Counted from the stretch's first letter, positions 1 to 15,018 are shown. The stretch: DNA of 64,000 nt from Octopus vulgaris (GCA_951406725.2 OX597823.1:90706001-90770000), one strand, 5' to 3'. Notes: generated by a model from the letters alone, not told the origin. Made by a program: numbers and translations.

Positions 1-468
1 AGCAGTAACCAGTGTAGTGGCAGTAATTGTAACAACAGCAGTTGTAGTAGAATTAGTAGTAGTAGTAGCCGTTTCACCCAAGGCCAATCCTGATTCCTGA
101 TCTAGGAGACTTGGGATCAAAGGCACTCCAAGCCATGCCCACCCTGCCCTATTCCCTACATGCCATGAATCCAGAGTGACATCAATCAAAGTATCCTTTT
201 TGCTTTTGCAACACAGTGAGAGATAATTTCAAGGACATTTGGCTGCTGCTATTTATAGCATTTCAAATGACAGCATGGAGATTTCCTTAGTGGCTTGTGA
301 TTGTATGATAAAAGGTGAGGGTGGTATCTATAGTGGTGGTGGTGGTGGTGGTGGTGTTGGCAGTAAAAGAGGCAGAAAAAGGGTAGCGAGGGGTGTGGGT
401 AAGAAGACAGATTGTTCCTTTAACTGGCACCCTTTATAACCCTTCTTTCTTTCTCATCCCCTCTACAG

Positions 469-758
469 ATGAACAGATGACCTCCACTCCCAACCCCACA
501 GAAGGGAGCAAGGGAACAACACCCAGCCTACCAAATTCACTGAATTCCAAAGTCTTAAAGTCTGTTGGAGAAGGGGGAGGCAGCCAAAGAGGAGGGGGAA
601 GAGGAACAACTTCCACTCCCCCACCTCCTCCCCAGTCTTTTTCCCCACCCTGCCGGGCCATTTCTAGTTCATCTATTCCCTTGTCTTTTTTCTATCCTCA
701 CCCCGCCCCACATAACTTGCTTCCCTTCACATCCTGGAATTGTCTGATGTTACTTTGA
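469..758 (+). CDS. Possible host exon (S/T/P/G-rich, unidentified)
   Basis: Polypyrimidine tract plus CAG (441-468), then a non-repetitive open frame (EQMTSTPNPTEGSKGTTPSLPNSLNSKVLKSVGEGGG...) to a stop at 758. No recognisable domain. Confidence 0.25.
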
Positions 759-1404
759 AATTCTTCCAGTGAAAGCCTACGGGGGGGGGGTGTTTGTGGG
801 GGTGTTGTGAGGCTGGAGTGTGAGGGAGGGGACAAAAGTGTGTGGGTGGAGGGAGTTGGGGCAAGAAGGCAGCGGGGGGGGGGGGTAAGAGTTCAGTGAT
901 GTGTGTATGTGACTGAGCAAGTGTGAGTGACTAGTGAGAGTGTCTTAATGAGTGTAAGTATGATTGAACAAGTGTGAGTGCTACTTAGCAAGAGTGAGTG
1001 TGACTGAAGGAGTGTGAGTGTGTATCAGTGAATGTGACTGAGTGTTTCTCAGTGAGTGTGACTTAGTGTGACAGTGACCAAGTGAGCATGAGTGAGACCA
1101 AATGAGTATGAGTGACTTTCCTTTTGAATGAAAATCCTAAAGAGCAGAGGTCCCATGTCAGGAAAGCCAGTGGTACAGGAAGGAGATTTGAATCTGCTTT
1201 GACCCTTGCAATGGTCAGAGGACAAACTATAAAGTAGGGTCCAAGGAAATGTTAAAAAATTTGGATGAAGAAGAATACCATTTTAACTATTTAGCATCAA
1301 GATCATTCTGCCAAATGATTATGTTTAATCATTCATAATATTTTTAATTAACCATGCATCAAAATTTTGATGATGTGATTGGGTATTTTTAGGATGACAT
1401 TGTA

Positions 1405-1775
1405 TGAGGGTGAGTGAAAAAGTAATGCCATTTTGTTTAGGACAAGTATAATTACCAGCACATCATCATCACTGGGCTATCATCTCTTTGGCCCCATGAA
1501 AGAGGGTTTGAGTGGCAAACATTATTCCAGTGATGAGGAAGTGAAGACTGTAGTGAAGAAGTGGCTCAAAGAACAGTCGACAGAATTTTATGGGGCAGGG
1601 ATACATGCTCTTATTCGAAGGTGGAACATTGCTATTGAGAGAAATGGTGACTATGTTGAGAAGTACGGATGTGATCCACAGAGGACCTGCTTCATTTTGA
1701 TGTATGATACATGTTCCTGTGTTGGTAATTATACCTGTCCTAAACAAAATGGCATTACTTTTTGACTCACCCTCG
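1405..1775 (+). mobile_element. Internally deleted mariner (Tc1/mariner) element
   Basis: About 55-bp TIRs (tgagggtgagtgaaaaagtaatgccattttgtttaggaca / tgtcctaaacaaaatggcattactttttgactcaccctcg), TA on both sides, and transposase C-terminus YHLFGPMKEGLSGKHYSSDEEVK...RWNIAIERNGDYVE. Confidence 0.9.
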
Positions 1776-2213
1776 TAAGATAAGGATCTTTTCCATCACA
1801 ATCACAGATTTTTAAATAAAACACCTGCTTCAATAATGATAATATTATTTCCCTAAATTCTTCCTTGTTTTCGAAATTAATTGAAAGAAAGATTGTGTAT
1901 GTCAGCAGAAATATGTAACAAAAGGGTTAAGCAGATTTATGACCAAAAGGCATGCCAACCACGACCATCTCAACATTTAAAAAATTTAATTCCAGTAAAT
2001 CCCAGGCTACATCATCCAATAATGTCAGGGTGTGATTTAACCCTTTTCATACAAACCCTATTAGAAACTGCCTCATCATGTTTTAAGATGGTCTGAATCA
2101 AAATCGTCCACCAAAGTTTCATTTTAATTTGTGTTCCAACAAACACCATCTTATGACACTTATTTCACTAAATCCTTCGGATTTTCAAAAGTGTTTGAAA
2201 CGAAGTCAGTGTA

Positions 2214-2450
2214 TCATCATCATCATCGTTTAACATCTGCTTTCCATGCTGACATGGGTTGGACCGTTTGATTGAGGGCTGACAAGCCAGGAGGCCTCAC
2301 CAAGTTCCAATCTGATCTGGCAATGTTTCTACAGCTAAATCCTCTTCCTAAAGCCAACCACTCCAAGAGTGTAGTGGGTGCTTTTTATGTGCCACTGGCA
2401 CAGGAGCCAGCCAGGTGGCACTGGAATCGGCCATGTTTGGATGGTGCCTT
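2214..2450 (-). mobile_element. RTE-related non-autonomous retroposon with (GAT)n tail (family B)
   Basis: Motif gtggttggc.ttaggaagggcatccagctgtagaaac...ggacgttaaacgatgatg. Copies at about 7815-8000(+), 9408-10000(-), 12690-12885(+), 56250-56470(+), 59280-59830(-), 61040-61220(+). The RTE link is inferred from motif and tail type. Confidence 0.65.
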
Positions 2451-2788
2451 TTTTGCTTTCTTTTAATATAAAATTCTAATATATGTGTGTGTGTGTATGT
2501 TTGCTCTTTCATGTGGGCGAAGAGATGATAGTCCACATATATACATATACACATTTATCTATCTATCTATCTATCTTTTTATTTATCTGTTTATTTATGT
2601 ATCAAAACGGATGGTGCTTTTTTTTGCCTTCTTTTAATATGAAATTCTGATATATGTGTGTGTGTGTATGTTTGCTCAGAAGCAAGCATCCACATATATA
2701 CATATACAAATATGGATATGCACGCACACACATTTATCTACCTATCTATCTTTTTATTTATCTATCTATTTATTTATGTATCAAAACG
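2440..2788. repeat. Local tandem duplication of about 170 bp
   Basis: ggatggtgc.tttttt...atcaaaacgg occurs twice in tandem; a related copy lies near 5478-5620. Confidence 0.7.
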
Positions 2789-3295
2789 GTTGTGCGTGAT
2801 ATTTATGTTTGCCATGATTTTTGGTACCACCTGTGTATCAAAGAACAGAATTGAGTCTAATTGAGTGACTTGGGAGACAAAATAGTGGAACTGCCGAATC
2901 AAAAGTTCTTCCATCTGATCAATGAATTTATTATAGGAAGAATTAGCAGACTGGCAGATTGGGAGAACAATGGATTAGAAAACATCATTGTAATAATTCC
3001 AGAAATTCCAGGATGGATGTTGGGAATATATTAAAGGTAAAAGAGAAGACGAAATGTACCAACAAAAACAAAACATTTTTAATATTACCACAACAATTGT
3101 TTCATCTTCAAGATGCACTGCTCCCATGTAGGCATGGAATGATGTAATGCATAGAAGACTCCTCAGGTGGGATAATAAGATTGTATATGTATTGATGCAA
3201 TATTGCAAATATTTATACATAAACACACACACAAATTGAATAGCAGTTTGACTTCATAAAAGTTCTGCGGGTGCAGACCACAGCCATCTTATAAT

Positions 3296-3526
3296 TATTT
3301 CTTTACTGCCCACAAGGGGCTAAACATAGAGAGGACAAACAAGGACAGACAGACGGATTAAGTCGATAATATCGACTCCAGTGTGTAACTGGTACTTATT
3401 TAATCGACCCTGAAAGGATGAAAGGCAAAGTTGACCTCGGCGGAATATGAACTCAGAACGTAATGGCAGACGAAATACGGCTACGCATTTCGCCCGGTGT
3501 GCTAACGTTTCTGCCAGCTCGCCGCC
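3296..3526 (-). mobile_element. tRNA-derived Nin-domain SINE (family D)
   Basis: On the minus strand: head ggcggcgagctggcagaaacgttagcac with B-box gagttca, central gtc.actttgcctttcatcctttc.gggtcga, tail tttagccccttgtgggcagtaaagaaata. Confidence 0.85.
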
Positions 3527-3699
3527 TGGTTGGAGGAATTCATTGAAACAGATTTTCTATGGCTGGATGCTCTTCCTGTCACCACCACTTATTTGTTTCC
3601 AAGGAAAGTGATATTTTCCCCCGTAGTGGGACATGTTTTTATGGAAGACTGCAAAAGGAAGACATAAATTGTATAATGGCAATGTTTGTTTATGGCACT

Positions 3700-4050
3700 C
3701 CGTTGATTACGATGACGAGGGTTCCAGTTGATCTGATCAATGGAACAGCCTGCTCATGAAATTAATGTGTAAGTGGCTGACCACTCCACAGACATGTGTA
3801 CCCTTAAAGTAGTTCTTGGGGAGATTCAGCTGGCCCTTTGAAATACAGGTACAAGAGAAACAGATAGAAAGAGTGAGAGAAAGTTGTGGTGAAAGAGTAC
3901 AACAGGGTTCGTCACCAACCCCTGCCAGAGCCTTGTGCAACTTTTAGATGTTTTTGCTCAATAAACACTCACAACGCCCAGTCTGGGAATTGAAACTGCA
4001 ATCCCACGACTGCGAGTCTGCTGCTTTAACTACTGGGCCATTGCACCTCC
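3700..4050 (-). mobile_element. tRNA-headed SINE family C
   Basis: Shared block acgatgacgagggttccagttgatc.gatcaa.ggaacagcctgctc. Copies at 10210-10700, 10725-11195 and 58965-59165(+). Confidence 0.7.
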
Positions 4051-4649
4051 ATGCTTGGTTATAAATAATACAAAATATCAAGACTAAGAGACATGCACCC
4101 TACAATCCATACACACACACTCACTCACACACACATATGGATGAGTGTATGTATAAAACGATAGGTATCTTTTACTATGTAATCCACCAAATCCAGCTGG
4201 GTACACAGAAGACACTTGTCCAAGGTGATGCACAGTGAGATTGAACCTGGAACCATATGGTTGGGAGGCTTACTTCTTAAGCACAGAGACACCATGTTTT
4301 CACACACACACACACACACACACACGCACATGCATGTATTCAGTCATATGACTATGGCCATGCTGGGGCACCACCGTGAAGAAATTTTAGTTGAATGAAT
4401 CGATCCCAGTACTTGCTTATTTTTTGATCTCATTTGCCAAACTGCTAAGTTAAGGAAATGTAAACACACTAGCATTTACTGTTAAGCTGTGGTGACACAC
4501 ACACACACATATACATACAACAGGCTTCTTGCAGTTTCCATCTACCAAATCCACTCGTATGGCTTTGTTCATATAGTAGAAGACACTTGCCACTTCAGTG
4601 GGACTGAACCTGGAATCATGTGGTTGCGAAGCAAACTTCTTACCACACA

Positions 4650-4791
4650 GCCATGACTGCAGCCATGCTGGAGCACAACCTTCAGTCGAGTAAATCGACC
4701 CCAGGACTCATTCTTTGTAAGCCTAATATTTATTTTATCAGTCTCTTTTGCCAAACTGCTAAGTTACGGGGACATAAACACACACATACAA

Positions 4792-4839
<48 letters not shown>

Positions 4840-4998
4840 CAGGCTTCTTTCAGTTTTCATCTGCCAAATCCACTCACAAAGCTTTGGTCAGCCTGAGGCT
4901 ATAGAAGAAGACACTTGCCCAAGGTGCCACGCAGTGGGACTGAACCCGAAACCATGAGATTGGTAAGCAAGCTACTTACCACACAGCCACTCCTGCAC
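4650..4998 (-). mobile_element. OR2-like CORE-SINE (family A), nested copies
   Basis: Head gcaggagtggctgtgtggtaag...gggttcagtccc, CORE-like gtggcaccttgggcaagtgtc, internal (TA)/(TG) microsatellite. Confidence 0.8.
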
Positions 4999-5037
<39 letters not shown>

Positions 5038-5796
5038 TTATATGAGCCTATATATATATATATATATATATGTACCTCTGTGTGTGCAGTGCATATACAC
5101 ACATTTCCACCTACACATAAGCAAGCACACGATAAAAGTATGTACATCCAATCCCTTCTTCCCGTTTATATGTATTTACTGGAATATACATATTACGATT
5201 TTAAATTTCCAATAAAAATGAAAATCTTACATGTTTTATGATATTAATAAACGTCCTGCACAACATGCTATATCAATACACGATATATATTGTTTGGAGA
5301 ATTGGAATTTGGTATTAGAAAATCACTTTGGAATGTAACAGTTAATTGTCTTGGAGGTACTACATTAATGCACACACACACACACACACAGACACACGTG
5401 CGTACGTATATATATATGCATATGTATGTACATGTCTTTGTGTGTGTTTATGTATGGAAATGATATGCATTTCAGTATTGCCTTCTTTTAATATCTAAAA
5501 TTCCAATAAATATGTGTGTGCGTGTGTGTGTTTGTTCAAAAAGCAAGCATCCACATATATACATATACACATATGAACACGCATGCACACACATATATCT
5601 ATCTATATCTGTCTATCTACCTATCTATCTGTGTCTGTCTGCCTGTCTGTCTGCCTATATATATATATGTCTATCTATCTATCTATCTATCTATATGTCT
5701 ATCTATCTATCTATCTATATGTCTATCTATCTATCAATCTATCTATCTATCTGTCTATCTATCTATCAATCTATCTATATGTCTATCTATCTATCA

Positions 5797-5836
<40 letters not shown>

Positions 5837-5837
5837 G

Positions 5838-5878
<41 letters not shown>

Positions 5879-6430
5879 GTACACACGCACACACAATATG
5901 TATACATATGTGTATGTGCAAACAATTCAGTTGAAAGTGTATGTAAACATATTTACTTACACCTATCTGTGAACACACCCACACACAATTACATGATCTG
6001 AAACTATGTGCATGCATGCATGTGTGTGAAGTTTAAATAACTTTTTAAACAATTCCATAATTATTCTTGCATTGATATACTTCCAGAACTGTAAATACAC
6101 ATTGAAAGGATTGTAAATATACATACAGAAGCACAAATATATATATATGTTTGTATGTATCCATAAGCATATATATGTACATATTTTTTTTCTATAAAGG
6201 GTTTGTATAAATGTATATAAGGCATAGATACGAATATATACACACACATATATATACACATATATACATATACACATATATAAATATATATATATATACA
6301 CATATATAGATATATATGTATACATATACATATATATATATACATATATACATACACATATACATAGATACTACACACACACACACACACACACACATGC
6401 ATGAATATACATGTATAATTGTATATAAGG

Positions 6431-6493
<63 letters not shown>

Positions 6494-6738
6494 TACACAC
6501 ACATACACATATGCATACACAAGAGAGGCATGGTTAAGCAGTTTGCTTCCCAACCATGTGGTCTTGGGTTCAGTCCCACAATGTGGCACCTTGACCAAGC
6601 ATTTTCTACTATAACCCTAGATCAACCAAAGCCTTGTGATGTGATAGAAGCTGAAAGCAGACCATCATATATCTGTGTGTGTGTGTGTTTGTGTATTACT
6701 ATATACAAACCATCCGATCTTCTGAGTACCTCATTTCT

Positions 6739-6770
<32 letters not shown>

Positions 6771-7162
6771 CTAGCAGTATCGCCCAGCGTTGCTCGGGTT
6801 TGTAAGGGAAATAACTATATAAGCATTTTTAGAGATGTAAAGTATAATAGCCATCTCAATATGGCTAACCGCAAAGTGGGGTGTTACTGTAGCTTTTTAC
6901 GTTCTGAGATTTAATAAATTTTTAGAGAGTTACTTCCTTTATATATGCCAAAAATGCATTAAAAATGGGAAAAATTGATGGTAAATTTTTTTTTAAATCG
7001 TAGACTCATCGTAGACACACGCTAATACCCAGAAGGGCTCGATATGAATCCCGACTATAAGATACCCAGTTTTGGTTAAACTGCACCGCAAAATGTGGGA
7101 GTAGTTAGGAATCTAAATCGTAGGAGACAGACAGCACACAACCTCACTTTTAAATATAAAGG
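6771..7162 (-). mobile_element. Non-autonomous Helitron
   Basis: Minus strand ends with hairpin cccgagcaacgctggg, then 3' CTAG followed by T. The 5' end reads cctttatatttaaaagtgagg (expected TC mutated). No TSD. Confidence 0.75.
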
Positions 7163-7999
7163 TATATACAGGACCTGAAGATTAGCTAAGCTGGTTTTGC
7201 GTTTGTTATAACTTATGTAACTAGCATTGCTTTGCTATGAAACATTTGTAGTTTGTGTTTTACCTCTTCCATTCCTTACTTTTTTGGATATATGTACATA
7301 CATACATGTGTGTGTGTGTGTGTTTTTTGTTTGTTGATAATATTGCAACTAACAGAGGAAATTCAGGAGGATATTTATGTCCATGAGGTACACACCTTTG
7401 ATTGCTTTTTTTCAGGTGAGACAGGTAGAATTCATTAAGGAATTAATAAAGAAATAGATGTGAATATCATATTGGCACCGGAATTGATGGAAGCTATAAA
7501 GTTATGATCATTCTTTCTGTCTTCCTCTCTTTCCGTTCACCTCTCTCTTCCACACACACACATCGCTGTGTACACATGTATGTGTGTGTGTGTATCTATT
7601 TTATTCTTCCTTGTTTCAGTCATTCCACTGTAACCATGCTGGAGCACAGCATAGACAGGTTTAGTCAAAAACAAATCAACCCCAGCATTTACTCGTTTAA
7701 AGTCTATTCTATCAGTCTCTTTTGCTGAACCGCTTAGTTACAGGGACGTAAACAAAGCAACACCTATTGTCAAGCAGGGGGGGAGTACAAACACATGCAC
7801 ACACACACGATACTAGTGCTGGTGGCACGTAAAAAGCACCCACTACACTTATGGAGTGGTTGGCATTAGGAAGGGCATCCAGCTGTAGAAACACTGCCAG
7901 ATCAGACTGGAGCCTGGTGCAGCCTCCTGGCTTCCCAGACCCCGGTCAAACTGTCCAACCCATGCCAGCATGGAAAGCGGACGTTAAACAATGATGAGG

Positions 8000-8032
<33 letters not shown>

Positions 8033-9194
8033 TATTCTCACAGTTTCTGTCTATCAAATTCACTTAGATTGGTCAGTCTCGGGCTATAGAAGACATTTGA
8101 CCAAGGTGCTACACAGTGGGACTGAACCAGAGACCATGAGGCTGCAATGTGATCTTAAAGCATTCAGCCACGCCTGTACACACACACAAATCAGAGAAAC
8201 ACAGATATGTGTGTGTATGTGTGAGATTACGAATAAGACATACTCCCAATACTCCTGAAATTCATCTTTGTGGTTACTCCAGCAATTCTTTACACACACA
8301 CACACACACACATGTAGGAGTGGCTGTGTGGTAAGAAATTCGCTTCCTAACCACATGGTTCCAGGTTCAGTCCCAAAGCACAGCAACTTTCACAACTATC
8401 TACTGCTACAGCCTTGAATCAACCAAAGCTTTGCGAGTGGATTTGGTAGAAGGAAACTGAATGAAGCCCATTACATATACATTCATATTTACATGTGTAT
8501 GCATGTGTCTTTGGATCAGTGTTTGCCACCTGTTGACAACCGGTGTTGGTTTGTTAACATCTCTATAACTTTGCAGTTCAGTAAAAGAGACCGATAGAAT
8601 AAGTGCTAGGCTTAAAAAAATAAAAATACTAGGGGTTGATTTGTTTGACTTAGATTTTTCAAAGCGATGCCCCAGCCTGGCCACAGTGTGATAAAAAGAT
8701 AAAAGTCATGCTTACAGATACATATATACATATATTCAATATACACCTGTGCTTAAAAGGTATTATTTGGTATTATTGATCACCTTATTGCAAACAACGA
8801 AACATTTATGTATGGTGGGACTCTATACATAACATATAGTTTATTGATCATATCGTTTTATCTGGGACTATATATCTGCACACACACACACACACATCTA
8901 AATGCATACATGCTTACAAACATGCATACACGTATGTTCATTCATCAACAGGTGATCCAGTGCTATTAACATTGTGGGAGAATGGAAAAAGATGATGGAA
9001 TGTTGCCGTGACATATTTAGCTTCCTAATACAGATCAATATTGTCTAGCTGATCGAAAGAGTTTGGAAACTCAAAGAGGTGCCATGAGCCTTCATTTGAA
9101 TGGACAGAATTTTACTCCTTCACATCTTCGTCTTGTTTTCCTGTTTGCAATAAACAACAACACCCAAACAATTAGTATTGACGCAGTCCAATAT

Positions 9195-10123
9195 TTAAGA
9201 GATGAGGAATTAGGTACATTATTTACATTATTTACATTTGACTGATATTTGTCCTCATCTTGTTTGTTGTTAACACACTGTTTCAGCTTATACACCCTCC
9301 AGCCATCATATGCCCATGGGCATAGTGATTAAGAGCACGGGCTACTAACCCCAAAATTCCAAGTTTGATTCCAGGCAGTGACCTGAATAATAATAATAAT
9401 AATAATAATCATCATCATCATCGTTTAACGTCCGTTTTCCATGTTAGCATGGGTTGGAAGCTTCGACTGGGGTCTGGGAAGTCAGGAGGCTGCACCAGGC
9501 TCCAGTCTGATCTGGCAGTGTTTCTACAGCTGGATGCCCTTCCTAACACCAACCACTCCGTGAGTGTAGTGGGTATTTTTTTACGTGTCACCAGCACAGG
9601 GGTCAGAGGAGGCTGGCAACAGCCATGATTGGTTGGTGCTTTTTATGTGCCACTGGCATGGGAGCCAGTCAAGGTGGCGCTGGCATAGTCCACGTTCAGA
9701 TGTTGCTTTTTACGTGCCGCCGGCATGGGGATCACAACTGCAATTTCCATTCAATTTCCATTTTAATGTTGATGTACTTGACTCAATAGATCTCCTCACG
9801 CACAACAGGTTGCCCTATGATCCCAAGGTACTTTTGAATGGGCTGGGACTGGGGCTGGTTATGCGAAACTGGTGTAGGATACAGCTGTGAACTCACTTTA
9901 TTTGCCGGGTCTTCGCAGTCACAGCATATCTCCAGAGATCTCAGTCTTTCGTCATTGCCTCTGTGAGGCCCAATGTTCAAAGGTCATCAAAAATGATGAT
10001 GATGAACCCAGGTTCAAAATTTCCCCAAGACACCTGATGAAGGCGGGAGGACATATCAGCTGAAACATTGTGTTAACAACAAACAAGATGAGGACAAATA
10101 TCCATCAAATGTAAATAATGTAA
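9195..10123. mobile_element. Inverted pair of Penelope-like pLTR fragments with nested SINEs
   Basis: 9225-9309 is the reverse complement of 10037-10123; the right copy carries a decayed hammerhead motif. Confidence 0.55.
10029..10074 (+). ncRNA. Decayed type I hammerhead motif (CUGAUGA core)
   Basis: gacac CTGATGA aggc...agct GAAA ca tt gtgtt. Stem I is gacac/gtgtt; stems II and III look eroded by CpG decay. Confidence 0.5.
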
Positions 10124-10441
10124 TTAGTATTGAGTAGGTTTTCTTTCTTCTGTTTGCTATAAACATCACACTCAACCCATGTAGAGGTGCACACAAATAA
10201 CCTGGTGCTCCGTCGGTTATGTTGATGAGGGTTCCAGTTGATTCGATCAACAGAACCCTCATCAAGGATTAATGTCCAAGTATTCCACAGGCACGTGCAC
10301 CTTTAATGTAGTTCTCAGGGAAACTCAGCATGACACAGAATGTGACAAAGCTGGCCCTTTGAAATCCAGGCATTACACATTTTTTCCAGTTGTGTGAACT
10401 GGAGCAATGTGAAATAAAGTGTCTTGCTGAAGGATGCAATG

Positions 10442-10562
10442 GCTTACGGCCATATCACGTTGAGAGCACCGGTTCTCTTCCGATCACTGAAGTTAAGCAA
10501 CATCGAGCCTAGTTAGTACTTAGATGGGTGACCGCTTGGGAAAAACCTAGGTGCTGTAAGCA
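10442..10562 (+). pseudogene. 5S rRNA: Full-length 5S rRNA retrocopy/pseudogene
   Basis: gcttacggccatatcacgttgagagcaccggttctc...gaagttaagca...gttagtacttagatgggtgaccgcttgggaa...gtgctgtaagc matches metazoan 5S (A and C boxes, paired ends), followed by TTTT. Single copy inside a SINE. Confidence 0.9.
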
Positions 10563-11477
10563 TTCCCTTTTATAAATGGCGGTGCCCCAGCATGGCCACA
10601 GCTCGTGAACTGAAACTAGATAAAATTAAGATAAATGCACGACTGGGAATTGAACACGACGACTAATGAATGAGAATTGAATACTTTAAACACTAAAAAG
10701 CTGTGTCCCTTTACCCAAAGTGACATTCCGTTGGCTATAATGACAAGGGTCCCGCTTGATCTAATCAATGGAAAAGCTGGTGAAATTAACATGCCAAGTG
10801 GCTGAGTACTCCTCAGACACGTAGTTCTTAGGGAGATTCAGTGTGATACACAATGTGACATGGCTGATCCTTTGAATTACAGGACCCACCTCCACCACCA
10901 TTACCACTTCTTGACAACTGATGTTGGTGTGTTTATGGCCCTGTGACTTAGCACTTCGGCAAAAGGGACTGATAGAACAAGAACCAGGCTTACAAGGAGT
11001 AAGTCCAGGGGGCTGATTTCTTTGACTAAAAGGCAGTGATTCAGCATGGCCGCAGTCAAAATGTGCTCGTTTTTGCCAGCTGAATGGACTGGAGCGATGT
11101 AAAAATAAAGTGTCTTGCTCAATGACACAATGCACAGCCTGCAATTGAACTCATAAACTTATGATTGTAAGCCAAATACTCTGACCCCTAAGCCATACTA
11201 ACATACTTTTGTCATCGACACAAAGCTGTACACGTATGTGTGTGTGTGTGTGTGTGTGTGCTGTTTTATACATATATTTTTTTTACTTGTTTCAGTCATT
11301 TTGACTGTGGCCATGCTGGAGTGCTGCCTTTCAGTCAAAGAAATCAGCTGCAGGACTTATTCTTTGTAAGCCAAGTACTTATTCTATCGGTCTCTTTTGC
11401 TGAACAGCTAAGTTATGGGGGACGTAAACACACCGACACTGGTTGTCAAGCAATGGTGGGGGGGGGGATACAGACAA

Positions 11478-11524
<47 letters not shown>

Positions 11525-11560
11525 TACATACATACATACATACATACATACATACATACA

Positions 11561-11618
<58 letters not shown>

Positions 11619-11775
11619 CACACACGATGGGCCTCTTTCAGTTTCCATCTACCAAATCCACTCACAAGGCTTTGGTTGGCCCAACCAATAGTGGAAGACA
11701 CTTGCTGAAGATGCCATGCAGTGTGATTGAACCCAGAACCATGTGGTTGGGGAGTGAGCTTCTTACCACACATAT

Positions 11776-11808
<33 letters not shown>

Positions 11809-12288
11809 GAAGATGGAATAAATATCAAATTTTACCGAAATAAAAAAAATCAAGTACTGGGGTTATTTTGTTTGACTAAAATTCCTCAAGGTGGTGCCCC
11901 AGCATGGCCACAGTCTAACGACTGAGACATGTGAAATTTATACATGCATATGACTATCAAATCCACGCCATCATAAAGCATAAACATTAAATAATCACAC
12001 ATACAGAACAGGTGAGAGCTTGATATTCTCATCATAGAAAACACGTAGTAGCACTCATATGGTTTGAAACTGTATCCTCTTCTTAGTATTCTGTACTTTT
12101 TATGCTCTATGTAAATATATATACAGGTGCAAATGCGGCTGTGTGGTAAGAAGCTTGCTTCCCAACTACATGGTTCCGGGTTCAGTCCCACTGTGTGACA
12201 TCTAAGGCAAGTGTCTTCTACTATAGCCTAGGACCAACCAAAGCCTTATGAGTGCATTTGGTAGATGGAAACTGAAAGGAACTTGTCA

Positions 12289-12334
<46 letters not shown>

Positions 12335-12340
<6 letters not shown>

Positions 12341-12665
12341 CAAAATGGGACAAGAACGTAAAACATCCAGAAGATGATACAAAAAACATGAACGGGTCAT
12401 TCGAAGCCTTTCATCTTCCGTCAAAAACCGGATCATCCTCGCAATTTCGGCTGATTAATCTTGAGATTGCTCCAGTCTGGCCAGCCCCAAGGAAACACTA
12501 AGCCAATAGTATTATATTCCTTGGAAAAAATCTTTGAATGTATACGAAACAAGGACAGAAAAACGGACGATGTTACACGAATATAAATACAAAATAATAC
12601 AAAAAGACAATAATAATAATAATAATAACAGGACATCACAACAGGCGTCTTTTGACTGGAGACGA
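12335..12665 (-). mobile_element. Dispersed repeat, probable Penelope-like terminal repeat
   Basis: Reverse-complement homolog at about 41220-41525; bounded by (TA)n. Confidence 0.45.
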
Positions 12666-13116
12666 ATATATATATATATATACAGCACTTGACTGGCACC
12701 CATGCTGGTGTCATGTAAAAAGCACCCACTACACTCTCGGAGTGGTTGGCATAAGGAAGGGCATCCAGCTGTAGAAACCTTGGTGGATGAGATTGGAGCC
12801 TGGTGCAGCCTCTGGGCTTGCCAGTCCTCAGCCAAATCGTCCTACCCATGCCAGCATGGAAAGTGGATGTTAAACAATAATGATGTGTGTATACATTTGT
12901 GTGTTTGTGTCTGTTTTTGTCCCCTCCCACCGTTGCTTGGTGTGCTTATTTACCCATAACTTAGTGCTTTGTCAAAAGAAACCAATAGAATACATACCAT
13001 GCTTACAAAGAATAAGTCTTGGGGTCGATTTCTTCGACTAAAATGCAGTGCTCCAGCATGGCCTCAGTAAAAATAACTGAAGCAAGTACAAGAATAAAAG
13101 AATATATGTATATATA

Positions 13117-13552
<436 letters not shown>

Positions 13553-13814
13553 CATGTATATATATATAGCAGAACCTTGGAAGTAATAATTACTTAATGA
13601 GGGGTATTCCACTACCTGCTCATCCGGCTGAAGATACCTTAGTACATATATATATGTATGTATGTGATTATGTTTATGAATATTGGTAGTCATGTGTATC
13701 TACATATATCGATCTATATATATGTCAAGCCTACCTCTGTTTATATGCATCGTTATCTCTCTTTCTCACTACATATACAACTCTGATTGCGAATAAATTG
13801 CACTTGATATATAT

Positions 13815-13851
<37 letters not shown>

Positions 13852-14078
13852 GGAATTAGTACACAAATATGAAACAAAGTGGAAAAAAAGAGTACTCAAA
13901 TACCAGAGGTAGAGTAATATGCTTTATTTAGAGATAGATATATATATATAAAGCACGATTTATTCTTGATCAGAGGTGTTCGTAAACTGGGATACTACAG
14001 TATTAAATGAATATGCAAAAGACAGGAGATACAGCACGATTTATTTGTGATCAGAGTTGTTTGAAAACCGTGGTTCTA

Positions 14079-14129
<51 letters not shown>

Positions 14130-14444
14130 CACACACACATGTATGTATGTATGTAGATAGTGTGTTTGAAAAGGTTAATCAAAAGCACTCACACACACAC
14201 TAGAAAGAAAAGTTGGCCCAAAAAGGTTAGTAACATCCAGATAAAAGATTTTATAACTTTTTTGAGAAAAATTCCCCTTATATTTAAAACTGTTCTAAGT
14301 AATTTTCACAAACGCTTTTAAATATATATATACATACATATATATATATATATACATACATATATATATATACAAACACACACTTGCACAATTTAGAATA
14401 GTAAAAATGTAAAGATGCTCTTAAACTTTAATTCAGTATGTGTG

Positions 14445-14492
<48 letters not shown>

Positions 14493-15018
14493 GTATATAC
14501 ACACACTCACTATTTTGGAATAGTGAATCTTGAAGCAGATAAAGCTACAAATATAGAGTTAAGAAACTCATTTGAAGAGGAGAAAAAGTTGAAGGTTGTC
14601 AGTTCTCGAAGTTTTTTAATGTTTAACATACATCATGAAACAGTAACTTGCTCATGAGAGAGTGTATGTGTGAGTATACACACACACTCACACACATACA
14701 AGCAGATACACAAATGTATACATAACACTTACATACACACAAATACACACACTCACACGTATATATAAATGTGAATAAAATCAGCTGCTTTTCTTATTTA
14801 CTACCCTACCCTATCTCTTTATCACACACACACACACACACACTCACATACACAGAATCCATAAGATTAAAGAACTTTTTATCAAGAAACCCCTTAAAAT
14901 CTGAAGATGATATCTTTCTTAAAACTGTTTGTGAAGAAAGGAAAAAGAAAATGAAAACAAAAGATTATCAAAAAGATCTGAAGTTGAAAAACAAGAAACT
15001 GGAAAGTTTCTGACTTAC

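Noticed and set aside
10442-10562. Functional 5S rDNA locus
   Set aside because: Single copy with substitutions, nested in a SINE with a TSD.
14415-15013. Lys/Glu-rich + strand ORFs
   Set aside because: A-rich composition, microsatellite-derived starts, no domain or clear splice sites.
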